From: an uncultured Chloroflexia bacterium
Lineage (GTDB): Bacteria; Chloroflexota; Limnocylindria; Limnocylindrales; CSP1-4
Reading direction: 5' to 3'
NCBI GenBank assembly: GCA_963828165.1
Contig: CAWHDR010000001.1
Span: forward strand, 1,184,001-1,248,000
Length of the DNA stretch: 64,000 nucleotides
Made by a program: the position numbers and the translations under genes. The notes beneath the pieces were generated by a model, which saw only the letters and a program-made list of their open reading frames with translations, had not been told where the DNA came from and searched no databases. Positions 47,003 through 57,054 of this stretch are shown here, one piece after another; positions within the stretch are counted from its first letter, which is position 1, and each line of letters starts with the position of its first letter.

Positions 47003-47725
47003 TTATCCCACGGCCGCCGGGACGGCCGGCCCGCGGCGCCGCCCGACGGCGTTCAGGACGAGTCCGACGACGGCCCCGAACACGAACCCACCGATGTGGG
47101 CGAAGAAGGCGACTCCGCCGCCGGCCGTGTCGGTGACACCGAGCGACGCCAGTCCGTCGATGAGCTGGAGGACGAACCAGAACACGAGCACGATGACCGC
47201 CGGGACGTCGATGAGCTGGTAGAAGAAGCCCAGGAACACGAGCGAGGTGATGCGCGCTCGCGGGAACAGCACCAGATACGCCCCGAGCGTGGCCGCGATC
47301 GCCCCCGAAGCCCCGATCGTCGGGATCGTCGATCCCGGGTCGATCGCGACCTGCGTCAGCCCCGCGACCGCGCCGCCCACCAGGTAGAAGAGCAGGAATC
47401 GAAGGCGGCCCAGCCGGTCCTCCACGTTGTTGCCGAAGATCCACAGGAAGAGCAGGTTCCCGAGGAGGTGCAGCCAGCCGCCGTGCAGGAATTGGCTGGT
47501 GATCAAGGTCAGAGCCTCGATCGTCAGGCCCGGCCCCGAGGGCCACGCTGCGGTGAGCTCCGCGGGCACGATCCCCCATTCCGTCACGAATGCGTCCAGC
47601 GCCCCGGTTCCGCCGCTCGCGAGCCGACCTAGTTCGAACGCGAATGCCACGAAACAGGCGATGATCAGCCCGACCGTGATGATCGGCGCGTGGCGCGTCG
47701 GATTCGCGTCGCGAAGCGGGATCAC
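47003..47725 (-). CDS. Rhomboid-family intramembrane serine protease
   Basis: FLHGGWLHLLGN..FLWIFGNNVED, GASGA, AHIGG. Confidence 0.94.
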   Translation of the reverse strand: MIPLRDANPTRHAPIITVGLIIACFVAFAFELGRLASGGTGALDAFVTEWGIVPAELTAAWPSGPGLTIEALTLITSQFLHGGWLHLLGNLLFLWIFGNNVEDRLGRLRFLLFYLVGGAVAGLTQVAIDPGSTIPTIGASGAIAATLGAYLVLFPRARITSLVFLGFFYQLIDVPAVIVLVFWFVLQLIDGLASLGVTDTAGGGVAFFAHIGGFVFGAVVGLVLNAVGRRRGPAVPAAVG

Positions 47726-47744
47726 CGGCGGTCCCCGCCGTTAC

Positions 47745-50006
47745 TCAGGGCGTCGTCGAAGGGGCGGTCGACGGTTCCTCGGAGGCGCTCGACCCAGGGC
47801 CGGGCGAGCCCGAGGGGGTAGCCTCGTCGGTGATCGGTTCCAGGAACGCCTTGTTGAAGGACGTGGGCGATACCCAGTACACCGCTGGCGGCCCTTCCTC
47901 GACCCCCGGCAGCACGTACATGCCGCGCATGTCCTCCCAGCCCTCGGCCCCGTCGGCGAGGCGGTATTGCGCCAGGTAGTTGCCGCTGGCCTTGTCGTAT
48001 TCGACGAGGCGGGAGTGCTCCCGGTCGTAGGTGAAGACGGTGCCTTCGCGCCGGTCGCCCTGCCCGGTGACCAGGGATGCGTTGGGCTGCTCGCGCAACA
48101 TCGCGTCGGGCAGCTCCTTCGGCTCCCACCCGTCGCTCTTGCCGGAGGCGAACCGCTCGAGCACGCCCCCCTCGACGACGAACATGTCGCCGTCGATATA
48201 GATGGCGCTCATCTGACTGACGTCGCGAGCCGTCGCCAGCCAACCGGTGGCCTTGGCCGGGAAGCCGCTGCCGTCGAGGGCCGCGAAATAGACCCGGATC
48301 TGCTGCTCCGACGGATCGACGACGTACAGGTTGGCGAGGCCACGGTCCACGTCCCGGAGATACGTCCCGATCGCCGTGATGTCATCGCCCCACTGCGTGG
48401 AGCCGTTGACGTTGACCTTGTTGAGCCTGCCCTTGCCGGCGTCGTTCGACGCCCGCCAGCGCCAGAGGACGTTCTTGGCATCGAGGATCAGCAGGTCCCG
48501 CCCACCGACGGCCAGGAAGCGCGGGGTGGCGAGCGTCGTGCTCCCCGATTTGGCCCCCTCGCGAAACACGGCCGTTGCCCGCTTTCGCTTGAGGTCGACC
48601 CGGAAGACCGCTCCCGTGGCTCCGTCGATGACGTAGGGGGCGCCGTCCGGGCCCCGTACGAGCGCCTTGATGTCGTAGGCGGGCTTGCCCTCTGCGGGCT
48701 TGAAGTTGAACATCGTGGACGATTCGACATCCACCACGCCGTAGAGCCGGTCCAGCCCGGCGACGACCTCAGCGCGGATCGGGTCGATGACCCGGGCGCT
48801 GACCCGCGCATCCTCCGCATTGTCGAGCTCGGTGTAGGCGGCGGTCAGCAGGTCGAGGGCCTGCTCCGGATCGTCGGCGACAAGATCGATCCCGCCGGGG
48901 CCCGACACCTTCGCGAGGTTCGCTTTCGCGACGTCGAGCGCCGCCTGCCCGGCGTTGACCGAGCTGATGGCACGCTGCTGACCCTGGCCTCCGAAGGCGT
49001 ACACGCCGAGCCCCAGCCCGCCGACCACCATGACCAGGGCCAGGACCGCGAGCGCGGCCCGGCGCTGTGTCTCCCGTCGCGATGCCAGCGGCGTCACCCG
49101 ACGGTAGGCCGGCTTTCGTTGGGGCATGAAGTCGTGGGCGCGCGCGATGAGCCGCTCGAAGGCGCTGCCCGCCGCCACCCGGGCGGTGCCGGCCGCCGCC
49201 GACATCGCGGCGCTGGCGGCCTGGACGTTGTCGGCGAGCGGGATCGGCGAGCGGTCGGGCGCGCCGGCGAGCGGCTCGGCCGGGCGGACCGGGACCAGCG
49301 TCCGGCCGCGGGTCGTGGGCGCGACCTCGGTGGCTTCGAAGGCGATCGCCCCATCCGAGCCGGACCCGTCGGCAGCGCGGAACCGAGCGTGAAGATGCTC
49401 CATCGCCGATTGCGGGTGGAGGGTCAGCATCGCGTCCTTGAGCTCGTCCGCCCCGAGACGGGCGACGATGTTCGGCGAGGTCAGCACGAGCGAATCGCCG
49501 ACCGCGATCTCGCCGCGCCAGACGTCGGGCTCCAGCCCGTCCGACGGCAGGCCGCGTTCGCGGTGGGGGTCCGGCAGGGTCGAGAGGCGAGCCTGGCGGA
49601 TCAGGTAGGCCTCCGCCGGCCCGACCGTCGCCACGTACATCTCGTTGCCGCGGACCACGGCCACGCCCACCCCGATCGGTCCGTTGCCGTCGGCCGACTT
49701 GAGCCCCAGTCGGTCGGCCTGGTGGATCAGCCGCTTGTTGGCGGTGGCGATCGCCTTCTTCAGGCAAACGCGGATCCCGGCCGACTCGTCGTAGTAGTAC
49801 TCGTTGCGGATGGTCTCGGCGGCCAGTCGCGTGGCTTCGAGCGCATGGCGCGAGCTGACCCGCGAGGTGACGAGGAGGTACAGGTGGCCCTTCGAGCGCG
49901 CGACGGAACCGACGCTCGGCTCGACCACCAGGAGGGTGTCGGGCGAGTCGTCGAGGCGGTCGTGCTCGGCGACGAGGCCGAGCTTCAGTTGGAGTCGGGC
50001 GGCCAT
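47745..50006 (-). CDS. Membrane protein: N-terminal degenerate PP2C-like domain, single TM, C-terminal beta-propeller-like region
   Basis: PP2C-like pattern (LKKAIATAN, MYVATVG..EAYLIR, GDSLVLTS) without the metal-binding Asp residues; TM ALAVLALVMVVGGLGLGVYAF; NHL-like repeats (PYVID, LLILD, LYVVD). Confidence 0.6.
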   Translation of the reverse strand: MAARLQLKLGLVAEHDRLDDSPDTLLVVEPSVGSVARSKGHLYLLVTSRVSSRHALEATRLAAETIRNEYYYDESAGIRVCLKKAIATANKRLIHQADRLGLKSADGNGPIGVGVAVVRGNEMYVATVGPAEAYLIRQARLSTLPDPHRERGLPSDGLEPDVWRGEIAVGDSLVLTSPNIVARLGADELKDAMLTLHPQSAMEHLHARFRAADGSGSDGAIAFEATEVAPTTRGRTLVPVRPAEPLAGAPDRSPIPLADNVQAASAAMSAAAGTARVAAGSAFERLIARAHDFMPQRKPAYRRVTPLASRRETQRRAALAVLALVMVVGGLGLGVYAFGGQGQQRAISSVNAGQAALDVAKANLAKVSGPGGIDLVADDPEQALDLLTAAYTELDNAEDARVSARVIDPIRAEVVAGLDRLYGVVDVESSTMFNFKPAEGKPAYDIKALVRGPDGAPYVIDGATGAVFRVDLKRKRATAVFREGAKSGSTTLATPRFLAVGGRDLLILDAKNVLWRWRASNDAGKGRLNKVNVNGSTQWGDDITAIGTYLRDVDRGLANLYVVDPSEQQIRVYFAALDGSGFPAKATGWLATARDVSQMSAIYIDGDMFVVEGGVLERFASGKSDGWEPKELPDAMLREQPNASLVTGQGDRREGTVFTYDREHSRLVEYDKASGNYLAQYRLADGAEGWEDMRGMYVLPGVEEGPPAVYWVSPTSFNKAFLEPITDEATPSGSPGPGSSASEEPSTAPSTTP

Positions 50007-50094
50007 GCGGGCCTCTCGTACTTCAAGGTCGGGCGACGGGACGATCCTGGCCGGATCGGCTGACTTTCGCCCCGAGATGGCTGGCAGGTCCGGG

Positions 50095-50100
50095 GATTAT
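50095..50100 (-). promoter_or_regulatory. Candidate -10 element TATAAT for the PP2C-like gene
   Basis: Perfect TATAAT on the minus strand, overlapping the dciA stop codon, about 90 nt before the ATG at 50006. Confidence 0.5.
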
Positions 50101-50429
50101 ACGCGGGGACCTCCTGAGCGGACGTGGACTCGCAACTCGTGGACCCCTACGCCGCCGGGAGCCGCCGCAAAGGCCGAAATGAGCTCCGCGGCACGCATCC
50201 GGAGCTCCTGGGCCACGATCGGCGCGTCGGCCTCGACGTCGATGGCGAATCCTTCCAGCCTGACGACCCGGCACGCTCCGGCGGCGGCCGGGACGCGCTC
50301 CGCGACCAGCGCCTCGAACGTGGCGATGGCCCGCGCGAGCCGCAGCTCCTCCTCGAGCCCGAGTGCCCGGGCGGCATCCGGGATGAGGTCGCCGAGGCGA
50401 CGCATCGGCCGGCGACGGGGCGTGGTCAT
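50097..50429 (-). CDS. dciA: DUF721/DciA-family helicase-loader-like protein
   Basis: Small protein immediately downstream of recF; MRRLGDLI, AQELRM....I pattern. Confidence 0.75.
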   Translation of the reverse strand: MTTPRRRPMRRLGDLIPDAARALGLEEELRLARAIATFEALVAERVPAAAGACRVVRLEGFAIDVEADAPIVAQELRMRAAELISAFAAAPGGVGVHELRVHVRSGGPRV

Positions 50430-51604
50430 CCGACGGATCCCGCCCCGTGCTGCAAGCCGACTGCCGCGGCGGATGACGGTTGCGGCGTCAGGTCCGCGCC
50501 GTCCTCCCCGGCGCGGACCTCCCACGCCCGTGCGACCTCACGCAGCGCCGGGTCGAGGTCGTCGAGCGTCGTCGTCGTCACGAACGCCTGGGGCAGCTCC
50601 GCGATGCGGCGGACGAGGTGTGCCCGGCGAAGCGGATCCAGCTCGCTGAACACGTCGTCCAGCAACAGCAGGGGCGGCCGGCCGTCGAGCTCGGTCAGAA
50701 GGTCCAGTTCGGCGAGCTTGAAGGCGAGGATCGCGGTCCGCTGCTGCCCACGCGAGGCGAACCCGGCGAGATCGCGGCCGGCCAGGTCGAAGGCGATATC
50801 GTCGCGATGCGGCCCGATCACCGTCGAGCCGTTCCAGATCTCTTTGTCGGCGGTGTCGATCAGCCGCCGGGCGAGGGCCTCGCGCGGCGTCTCGGCGGCG
50901 AGCATCGGGGCATTGGTCACGTAGCGCAGGGTCATCCCGCCGGCAGCCGCTTCCTCCGGCGCGATCTCACCATGCGCGGCCGCGAGCGGCGCCGCCAGGA
51001 GCCCGAGGAGCCGGAGCCGCGCCTCGACGACCCGCGCGCCGGTGTCGAGGAAGCTGTCGTCCCAGAACCGGAGCTGGTCGCGGGTTGCGGTCTCCTCCCG
51101 GATCGCCCGCAACAGGCTGTTGCGCTGCTGGAGCGTGCGGCCGTACGTGGCGAGATCATCGGCATAGGCCGGGAAATGCGCCGTCGCCAGCGTGTCGATG
51201 GCCGCACGCCGCAAGGATGGCGACCCGATCACGAGCAGCATCTCCTCGGGCGCGAACAGCACGACTCGCAGGTACTGCCCCAGGCCGCTCGCACGGCGAC
51301 CGAGGCCATTGATCCGAACGCGCTTGCGACCACCGCTGCCGTCCGCGCCGGAGCGTGTGACCGCGACCTCCAGGACGTCGTCACCGACGCGCCCCTCGAC
51401 GCGGGCGAGCTCGCGGCCCCAGCGGATCAGCTCGCCGTCGGCATTGGTCCGATGCGATCGACCCCAACCGAGGAGCGCGATGCCCTCCAGCAGGCTCGTC
51501 TTGCCCGCTGCATTCGGTCCGTGGACGAGATGAGCACCGGGACCGAAGGAAGCCTCGAGCGTGGCGTACCCCCGCAGATCGAGGGCGATGATCGAATCAA
51601 GCAC
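50426..51604 (-). CDS. recF: DNA replication/repair protein RecF
   Basis: GPNAAGKTSLLE, SHR, GPHRDD, SRGQQR, LLLDDVFSELD. Confidence 0.97.
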   Translation of the reverse strand: MLDSIIALDLRGYATLEASFGPGAHLVHGPNAAGKTSLLEGIALLGWGRSHRTNADGELIRWGRELARVEGRVGDDVLEVAVTRSGADGSGGRKRVRINGLGRRASGLGQYLRVVLFAPEEMLLVIGSPSLRRAAIDTLATAHFPAYADDLATYGRTLQQRNSLLRAIREETATRDQLRFWDDSFLDTGARVVEARLRLLGLLAAPLAAAHGEIAPEEAAAGGMTLRYVTNAPMLAAETPREALARRLIDTADKEIWNGSTVIGPHRDDIAFDLAGRDLAGFASRGQQRTAILAFKLAELDLLTELDGRPPLLLLDDVFSELDPLRRAHLVRRIAELPQAFVTTTTLDDLDPALREVARAWEVRAGEDGADLTPQPSSAAAVGLQHGAGSVG

Positions 51605-51680
51605 GTGATACCGGCACCCTCAATCGGGAGCCACCACTCGCGCTCCGAGGTCCAAAGGGGAGCACCGCGACCACATTGGC

Positions 51681-51707
51681 CCGAAGATTCCGAGGATTCC
51701 GAAGATC
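51681..51707 (+). repeat. 9-bp tandem repeat, three copies, just past the dnaN stop
   Basis: CCGAAGATT CCGAGGATT CCGAAGATC. Confidence 0.6.
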
Positions 51708-51708
51708 C

Positions 51709-52827
51709 CTACGAGGTCGTCCGGACCGGCATGACGACATGGACGTACTGGTCGTCACCGATGGGCTTGAAGACACCGGGGGACAGCGGGCCGTTGAGCT
51801 CGAGCGCGAATTGCTCGGCGGCGACGTTGGTCAGGACATCCGCCAGGTAGCGCGCATTGAAGGCGATGGTCGTGCCATCGCCCTCCACCGCCGCCTCGAC
51901 CTGACCTACGTGATCGCCGACCTCCGCGTTCGCGCTGACCGTGATGCCGCCGTCGCCATCCCCGCCGATCTGGAGCTTGACGATGTTCGCGGACTCGTGC
52001 GCGATCAGCGCCGCGGGGCGAACGGCTCGGAGCAACTCCTCGCGATCGAGCACCGCACGCGTCGCGTGCGCCTGGGGCATGACCTGCTGGTAGTTCGGGA
52101 ACTGGCCGTCGATGAGCCGGCTGACGAGATCGATGCCGTCGAGGTGGAAGAGGACCTGGTTGCGACCGGCTGCCAGCACGACCTCGACCGGGTCGTCGAC
52201 GTCCGCGAGGATGCGCGACAGCTCATTGAGGGCGCGGGCCGGGATGACGACGCTCGTCTCCGGCACGGCGTCGAGGATCGGCACGGTCTTGACGGCGATC
52301 CGGTAGTTGTCGGCCGCCGCCAGGGTCAGCTGGTCGCCTTCGAAGCGTGCCAGCACGCCGGTCAGGATCGGTCGCGCCTCGTCACTCGCCGCGGCGAAGG
52401 CCGTTTCCGCCAGGGCGCGTCGGAGGACGTTCTGGGCGATCCGCGTGGTCGGTCGCTCACCGGCTGTCTGGATGGCCGGAAACTCCTCCGCGTCGATGCC
52501 CTTGATGTGGGTCTGGAAACGTCCGGCCTTGACGTGCAGCGTGTCGCCGGCCGTGACTTCGAGCTCCACCTTGTCGCCCGGCGGCAGGGAGTTGACGAGG
52601 TCGGTGAGGAGCTTGGCCGGGACCGTCGTCGCGCCATCCTCGTCGATCTTGCCCGGGACCCAGTACGTGATCCCGATCTCGAGGTTCGTGGCGGTCAGCT
52701 TCAGGCCGGCGTCCTCGGTCTTGAGCAGGACATTGGCCAGGACCGGGAGCGTGCTCCGGCTGGAGACGGCGCGGGTGACGACGGACAGGCCGCGCGCCAG
52801 GTTCTCCTGCATGACCGAGAGTCTCAC
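51709..52827 (-). CDS. dnaN: DNA polymerase III beta sliding clamp
   Basis: TLPVLANVL, ATNLE, RPILTGV, SRLIDGQFPNY, IAFNARYL.D, VMPVR; GTG start at VRLSV. Confidence 0.97.
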   Translation of the reverse strand: MRLSVMQENLARGLSVVTRAVSSRSTLPVLANVLLKTEDAGLKLTATNLEIGITYWVPGKIDEDGATTVPAKLLTDLVNSLPPGDKVELEVTAGDTLHVKAGRFQTHIKGIDAEEFPAIQTAGERPTTRIAQNVLRRALAETAFAAASDEARPILTGVLARFEGDQLTLAAADNYRIAVKTVPILDAVPETSVVIPARALNELSRILADVDDPVEVVLAAGRNQVLFHLDGIDLVSRLIDGQFPNYQQVMPQAHATRAVLDREELLRAVRPAALIAHESANIVKLQIGGDGDGGITVSANAEVGDHVGQVEAAVEGDGTTIAFNARYLADVLTNVAAEQFALELNGPLSPGVFKPIGDDQYVHVVMPVRTTS

Positions 52828-52914
52828 GTCGGATGCACTCCACTTCGATGGCTGGGGGCGCCGCGGTGATGGACTGCGGGTCCGATCGGCTGGCTCGTGT
52901 CCGGGGACCATGCG

Positions 52915-53240
52915 GGGCGTTCCACGTCCGGGCGCGGGATGGGTGGTGGGTATCTTCTCTCTATCTTCTCACTCCGTCATCACCGTAGTAATGGTGTGGA
53001 ACGTGGGGACGGGCACGCTCGTGGCCGCACGATGAGGCGGTGGACGGGCGACGGCCTCCCGTGGAGAAGCCTGGTCCGATCGGGGGCACGACCGTCGAGA
53101 GGCGGTGGACAGCCGGCGCCGAGCCCCCGTACCTGGCCGACGAAGGGCCGATCCTCCACCGCAGAAGTGGCCATGTCCACGTCGTGTCGCGTCCTTGTCC
53201 ACGCCCGAATCGGCGAGTCGAAGCGTGGTGCCCACAACGG
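52915..53240. other. Chromosomal replication origin (oriC) between dnaA and dnaN
   Basis: Cluster of degenerate DnaA boxes (e.g. TTGTCCACG ~53195, ATGTCCACG ~53173, CTGTCCACC and TTCTCCACG on the minus strand). AT-richer tract with TATCTTCTC x2 and a trio-like CGTAGTAATGG next to tandem TGTGGAAC-GTGGGGAC. Confidence 0.8.
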
Positions 53241-53302
53241 ATGCGACCCGGGAGGACGTAACGGCGCCCGTTCCGGCCGGGCTCGTGCGGATGGCCGCCG
53301 CC

Positions 53303-54685
53303 TCAGTCGGCGTAGATCAACTCGCGGACCGCGGCGATCTCGCGGCGCAGCTCGTCGTTCACGGCGATCTCGCGGGTGATCTTGTCGCAGGCATGCAGCA
53401 CGGTCGAGTGATCGCGGTTGCCGAGCTCCGCCCCGATGCGCAGCAGGGAGACGTCGGTCTCCTCGCGCATCAGGAACATCGCGATCTGGCGCGGCATGAC
53501 GATGGCCTTGTCCCGCTTCTGGCCCTGGAGCGCATCCATCGGGACGCTGTAGTAGTCCGAGACCGCACGAGCGATCCGCTCCGGCGTCACCTGGCGCTTC
53601 TTCGGGTTGTACAGGACGTTGGACAGCACGGCCTGGGCGAGCTCGATGCTGATCGGGGTGGCGCCCATGCTCGAGAACGCAACGATGCGGTTGAGCGCCC
53701 CCTCGAGCTCACGGATGTTGCTCACGACCTTGCGCGCGATGAATTCGATGACGTCCGACGTGATCGGGACCGCGCCCTCCTCCGCCTTGGCCCGCAGGAT
53801 CGCGATCCGTGTCTCGAGGTCCGGAGCGGTCAGGTCAGCGATGAGACCCCATTCGAAGCGGCTGCGCAGCCGCTCCTCGAGGGTGAGGATGGCCTTGGGC
53901 GGCCGGTCGGAGCTCAGCACGATCTGCTTTCCATCCTCGTGGATGGCATTGAACGTGTGGAAGAACTCCTCCTGGGTGCGCTCCTTGTCCGCGATGAACT
54001 GGATGTCGTCGATGAGCAGCAGGTCGATCCGGCGGTAGCGGGCCCTGAATTCGTCGATCTTGCCCTGCTGGATGCTCGTGATGAATTCGTTGGTGAACTT
54101 CTCGGACGTCGCATACACGACGCGCTTGCGCGGGAAGCGGGCGATGACCTGGTTGCCGATCGCGTGCATCAGGTGGGTCTTGCCAAGACCGACCCCGCCG
54201 TACAAGAAGAGCGGGTTGTAGGCGTGGCCCGGGCGCTCGGCGACGGACAGGCTCGCGGCGTGGGCCAGCCGGTTGGCCGAGCCGACGATGAAGTTGGCGA
54301 AGGTGTAGCGCGGGTTGAGGTTGGTGGCGCCGCCCTCACCGCCGACCCGTGTCGGCTCCACCCGGACGTGCTGGCCGGCCGGTCGTTCCGCCGTCGCACC
54401 GAGAGCCGTCGCGCCGGGAGCGGGGGCCACGGCTTCCGGGGCAGGCCCGACGATGAATTCCACCTGGACGCTGTAGCCGACGATCCGGGCGAGGGTCTGG
54501 CTGATCAGGGAGCGGTAGCGGGTCTCCAGCCAGTCCTTCGAGAAGCCGTTGGGGACGGCGATCCGGAACCGCTGCTCGTCCACGTCGACGAGCTCGGTGT
54601 CGCGCAACCACGTCTCGTAGTTGGCGGGCGACAAGGAGACCTGGAGCTCACCGAGGGCGGCTCGCCAGACTTGCTTCGCGTCCAT
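53303..54685 (-). CDS. dnaA: Chromosomal replication initiator DnaA
   Basis: LNPRYTF.NF, YNPLFLYGGVGLGKTHL, LLIDDIQF, RLRSRFEWGL, RDHSTVLHA. Confidence 0.99.
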   Translation of the reverse strand: MDAKQVWRAALGELQVSLSPANYETWLRDTELVDVDEQRFRIAVPNGFSKDWLETRYRSLISQTLARIVGYSVQVEFIVGPAPEAVAPAPGATALGATAERPAGQHVRVEPTRVGGEGGATNLNPRYTFANFIVGSANRLAHAASLSVAERPGHAYNPLFLYGGVGLGKTHLMHAIGNQVIARFPRKRVVYATSEKFTNEFITSIQQGKIDEFRARYRRIDLLLIDDIQFIADKERTQEEFFHTFNAIHEDGKQIVLSSDRPPKAILTLEERLRSRFEWGLIADLTAPDLETRIAILRAKAEEGAVPITSDVIEFIARKVVSNIRELEGALNRIVAFSSMGATPISIELAQAVLSNVLYNPKKRQVTPERIARAVSDYYSVPMDALQGQKRDKAIVMPRQIAMFLMREETDVSLLRIGAELGNRDHSTVLHACDKITREIAVNDELRREIAAVRELIYAD

Positions 54686-55028
54686 TCGTTCGATGGGACC
54701 TGCGCTTTAGTGACGGTCGATAGATGGCGCCGGCCATGGTCGGGGTCGGCGAAGCCAGGGTCCGCGAAGCGTCCACACGACGCCCATCCGGAGCCGGATG
54801 ACTCGCTGCCTTACCACAGTCCGAGGCCTGCGTGAGGTCTCCCGCGAACGTCCCGGCGCCGAGGGCTCGGAGAGGATAGCACCGGCGCAGACGGCGTCGC
54901 AAGGCGATTCCCACATACTCCCTGGGAGTATGCGTGCGGACGGCCGCCGGACGCCCGCGGGTCGCTCCGGGGATGGCCCGGGCGCGCGGTCGGTGCCCGC
55001 GATCGGCGTCCCGGACGCCCTTCATCGT

Positions 55029-55058
55029 TTGACACCCATTCGAGACAGGCCATATCAT
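55029..55058 (+). promoter_or_regulatory. Sigma-70-type promoter for the rpmH operon
   Basis: TTGACA-N18-TATCAT. Confidence 0.65.
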
Positions 55059-55173
55059 CCGCCGGACGAAGACGCGCCATGCGCCCGTGGGTGCCGGCGC
55101 GTTTGCGTGCCTCTAGGGGAAGTCGGAGCGACCGTTCCCCGAGGTCGGACGGAGAGGATCTCGGACAGACCCG

Positions 55174-55311
55174 ATGACGAAGCAGACCTACCAGCCCAAG
55201 AAGCGCCATCGCGCCAAGGAACACGGCTTCCGCGCCCGCATGAGGACGACAGCGGGTCGCCGAATCCTGGCAACCCGGCGGGCTCGCGGTCGGAAGCGGC
55301 TGACGGCCTGA
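55174..55311 (+). CDS. rpmH: 50S ribosomal protein L34
   Basis: Below the ORF-track cutoff; hand translation [45 protein letters not shown]. Confidence 0.97.
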   Translation: MTKQTYQPKKRHRAKEHGFRARMRTTAGRRILATRRARGRKRLTA

Positions 55312-55346
55312 CGACCGAGCGCGGCACACCCACGCCGCGACTCGTG

Positions 55347-55679
55347 ATGCTCTCCCGCCCACAGGACTTCGCGGCGATCCAGGGCTCCGGGACGACCAAG
55401 TCCCACCCGTTGTTCTCCGCCCGGTTCCTTCGGACCGATCTCGAGACGACCCGCTTCGGCCTGTCGACCGGCCGCCGACTCGGTAACGCGGTGGTCCGGA
55501 ATCGGGTCCGCCGACGACTCCGCGAGGCGCTCAGGGTGATGGCGCCCTCGTTCCAGCCCGGCTGGGACGTCCTCATCATCGCCCGGCCCGCGATCGTCGA
55601 GGCCGACCATGACGCGCTGGTCGGAGCGTTGCAACGGATACTCATCCGGGGCGGCGTGTTCGGAGGAGCCACGTCATGA
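55347..55679 (+). CDS. rnpA: Ribonuclease P protein component
   Basis: [30 protein letters not shown]. Confidence 0.95.
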   Translation: MLSRPQDFAAIQGSGTTKSHPLFSARFLRTDLETTRFGLSTGRRLGNAVVRNRVRRRLREALRVMAPSFQPGWDVLIIARPAIVEADHDALVGALQRILIRGGVFGGATS

Positions 55680-55882
55680 AGCACATCGGGATCGGGCTGA
55701 TCAAGCTCTACCGGATCGTGTTCGCGTGGCTGCCGCCATCGTGTCGATACGAGCCGACCTGTTCGCACTACGCGGAACAGGCGATCTCGAAGTACGGGCT
55801 GCTGAAGGGGAGCTGGATGGGCGCCAAGCGCATCGCCAGATGTCACCCGTGGAATCCGGGCGGGTATGACCCGGTCCGCTAG
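55676..55882 (+). CDS. yidD: Membrane protein insertion efficiency factor
   Basis: [27 protein letters not shown]. Confidence 0.96.
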   Translation: MKHIGIGLIKLYRIVFAWLPPSCRYEPTCSHYAEQAISKYGLLKGSWMGAKRIARCHPWNPGGYDPVR

Positions 55883-55897
55883 CGAGGCGTTGCGCCC

Positions 55898-57052
55898 GTG
55901 ACCCTGTCCCCGACCGTGCGCCGGATCGGTCCGGCGCTCCTGTTCTTCCTGCTGGTGGCCGTGGTCATCGCCGCCTGCATGCCCGGAACGACGACCGACG
56001 GCTCGGGCGTCGTCGTCACCCCGACGCCGATGCCGCCCCTGGAACCGGCCAAGCCGACCGATCCATTGAGCCTCTTCTCGTGGATCTTCACGCCCCTCTT
56101 CCAGGTCATGCTCATCATCCTGCTCGCGGTCTACCAGTTCCTCGAGAGCCTGGGCGTCCCGGGGGCGATCGCCTGGTCGATCGTCGTGCTCACCCTGATC
56201 GTCCGGGCGGTCCTGATCCCGCTCTACCGCAAGCAGCTGGTTTCCCAGCGCCGGATGCAGCTCATCCAGCCGGAGCTCAAGGAGGTTCAGAAGCGCTACA
56301 AGGGCGACCAGATGAAGGCGCGGTTGGCCCAGCAGGAGCTGTTCAAGGAGCGCGGCGTGAACCCGCTGGCGGGCTGCCTGCCGCTCCTGCTCCAGCTGCC
56401 GCTCCTCTTCATCATGTACTCGGTCATCCAGAACGGGCTGACCAACCAGGACCCGAGCGCGATGCTGACGGTCTTCGGCGTCCAGGTCGTGGACATCGAT
56501 TGCAAGAACGTCGTGAACGGCGTGATCGACGCCGCCAGGCCCTGCATCGACGCCAACGTTCCGATCCTCGGCAACATCGCGGTGCCCCAGGCATTCCTGT
56601 GGGTGGCCGGGTTCGGCCTGAGCTTCCTCGCCATCATCTCGGCCCTGCTCCAGCTCGTGCAGTCCCGGATGATGCTGCCGGTCGCCGACCCGACCAACGA
56701 CGACCCGAACGTCCGGATCCAGCGCCAGACGATGCTGTTCCTGCCGCTCATCTCCGTCGTCTACGGCGGGTTCCTGCCGGCGGGCCTGTTCATCTACTGG
56801 ATCGTTGCCACGATCTTCTCGATCGTGCAGCAGTACCTGATCGTCGGCTGGGGCGCCATGTTCCCCCTGTTCGGGCGGACGCCAGCCTTCGCGGTCGATC
56901 ACACCCCGCGTTATCCGGTGGCGATGCCACCCCCACCAGAGCCAGGCAAGCGTGCGGCCATCCTGACCGACGCAGACAAGAAGACGACGGCTACCAAGAC
57001 GATTCGCCCCCGCGAGCGGGGCCGTCAGGGCCGACGAGGGAGACGACGCTGA
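55898..57052 (+). CDS. yidC: Membrane protein insertase YidC/Oxa1
   Basis: MQLIQPELK..QK.YK.D, NPLAGCLPLLLQLP, PAGLFIYW; lipobox-like IAAC. Confidence 0.95.
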   Translation: MTLSPTVRRIGPALLFFLLVAVVIAACMPGTTTDGSGVVVTPTPMPPLEPAKPTDPLSLFSWIFTPLFQVMLIILLAVYQFLESLGVPGAIAWSIVVLTLIVRAVLIPLYRKQLVSQRRMQLIQPELKEVQKRYKGDQMKARLAQQELFKERGVNPLAGCLPLLLQLPLLFIMYSVIQNGLTNQDPSAMLTVFGVQVVDIDCKNVVNGVIDAARPCIDANVPILGNIAVPQAFLWVAGFGLSFLAIISALLQLVQSRMMLPVADPTNDDPNVRIQRQTMLFLPLISVVYGGFLPAGLFIYWIVATIFSIVQQYLIVGWGAMFPLFGRTPAFAVDHTPRYPVAMPPPPEPGKRAAILTDADKKTTATKTIRPRERGRQGRRGRRR

Positions 57053-57054
57053 CC

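Noticed and set aside
54798-55346. Long N-terminal extension of rnpA shown in the ORF track
   Set aside because: It overlaps the rpmH promoter and rpmH itself in another frame; RnpA similarity starts near 55347.
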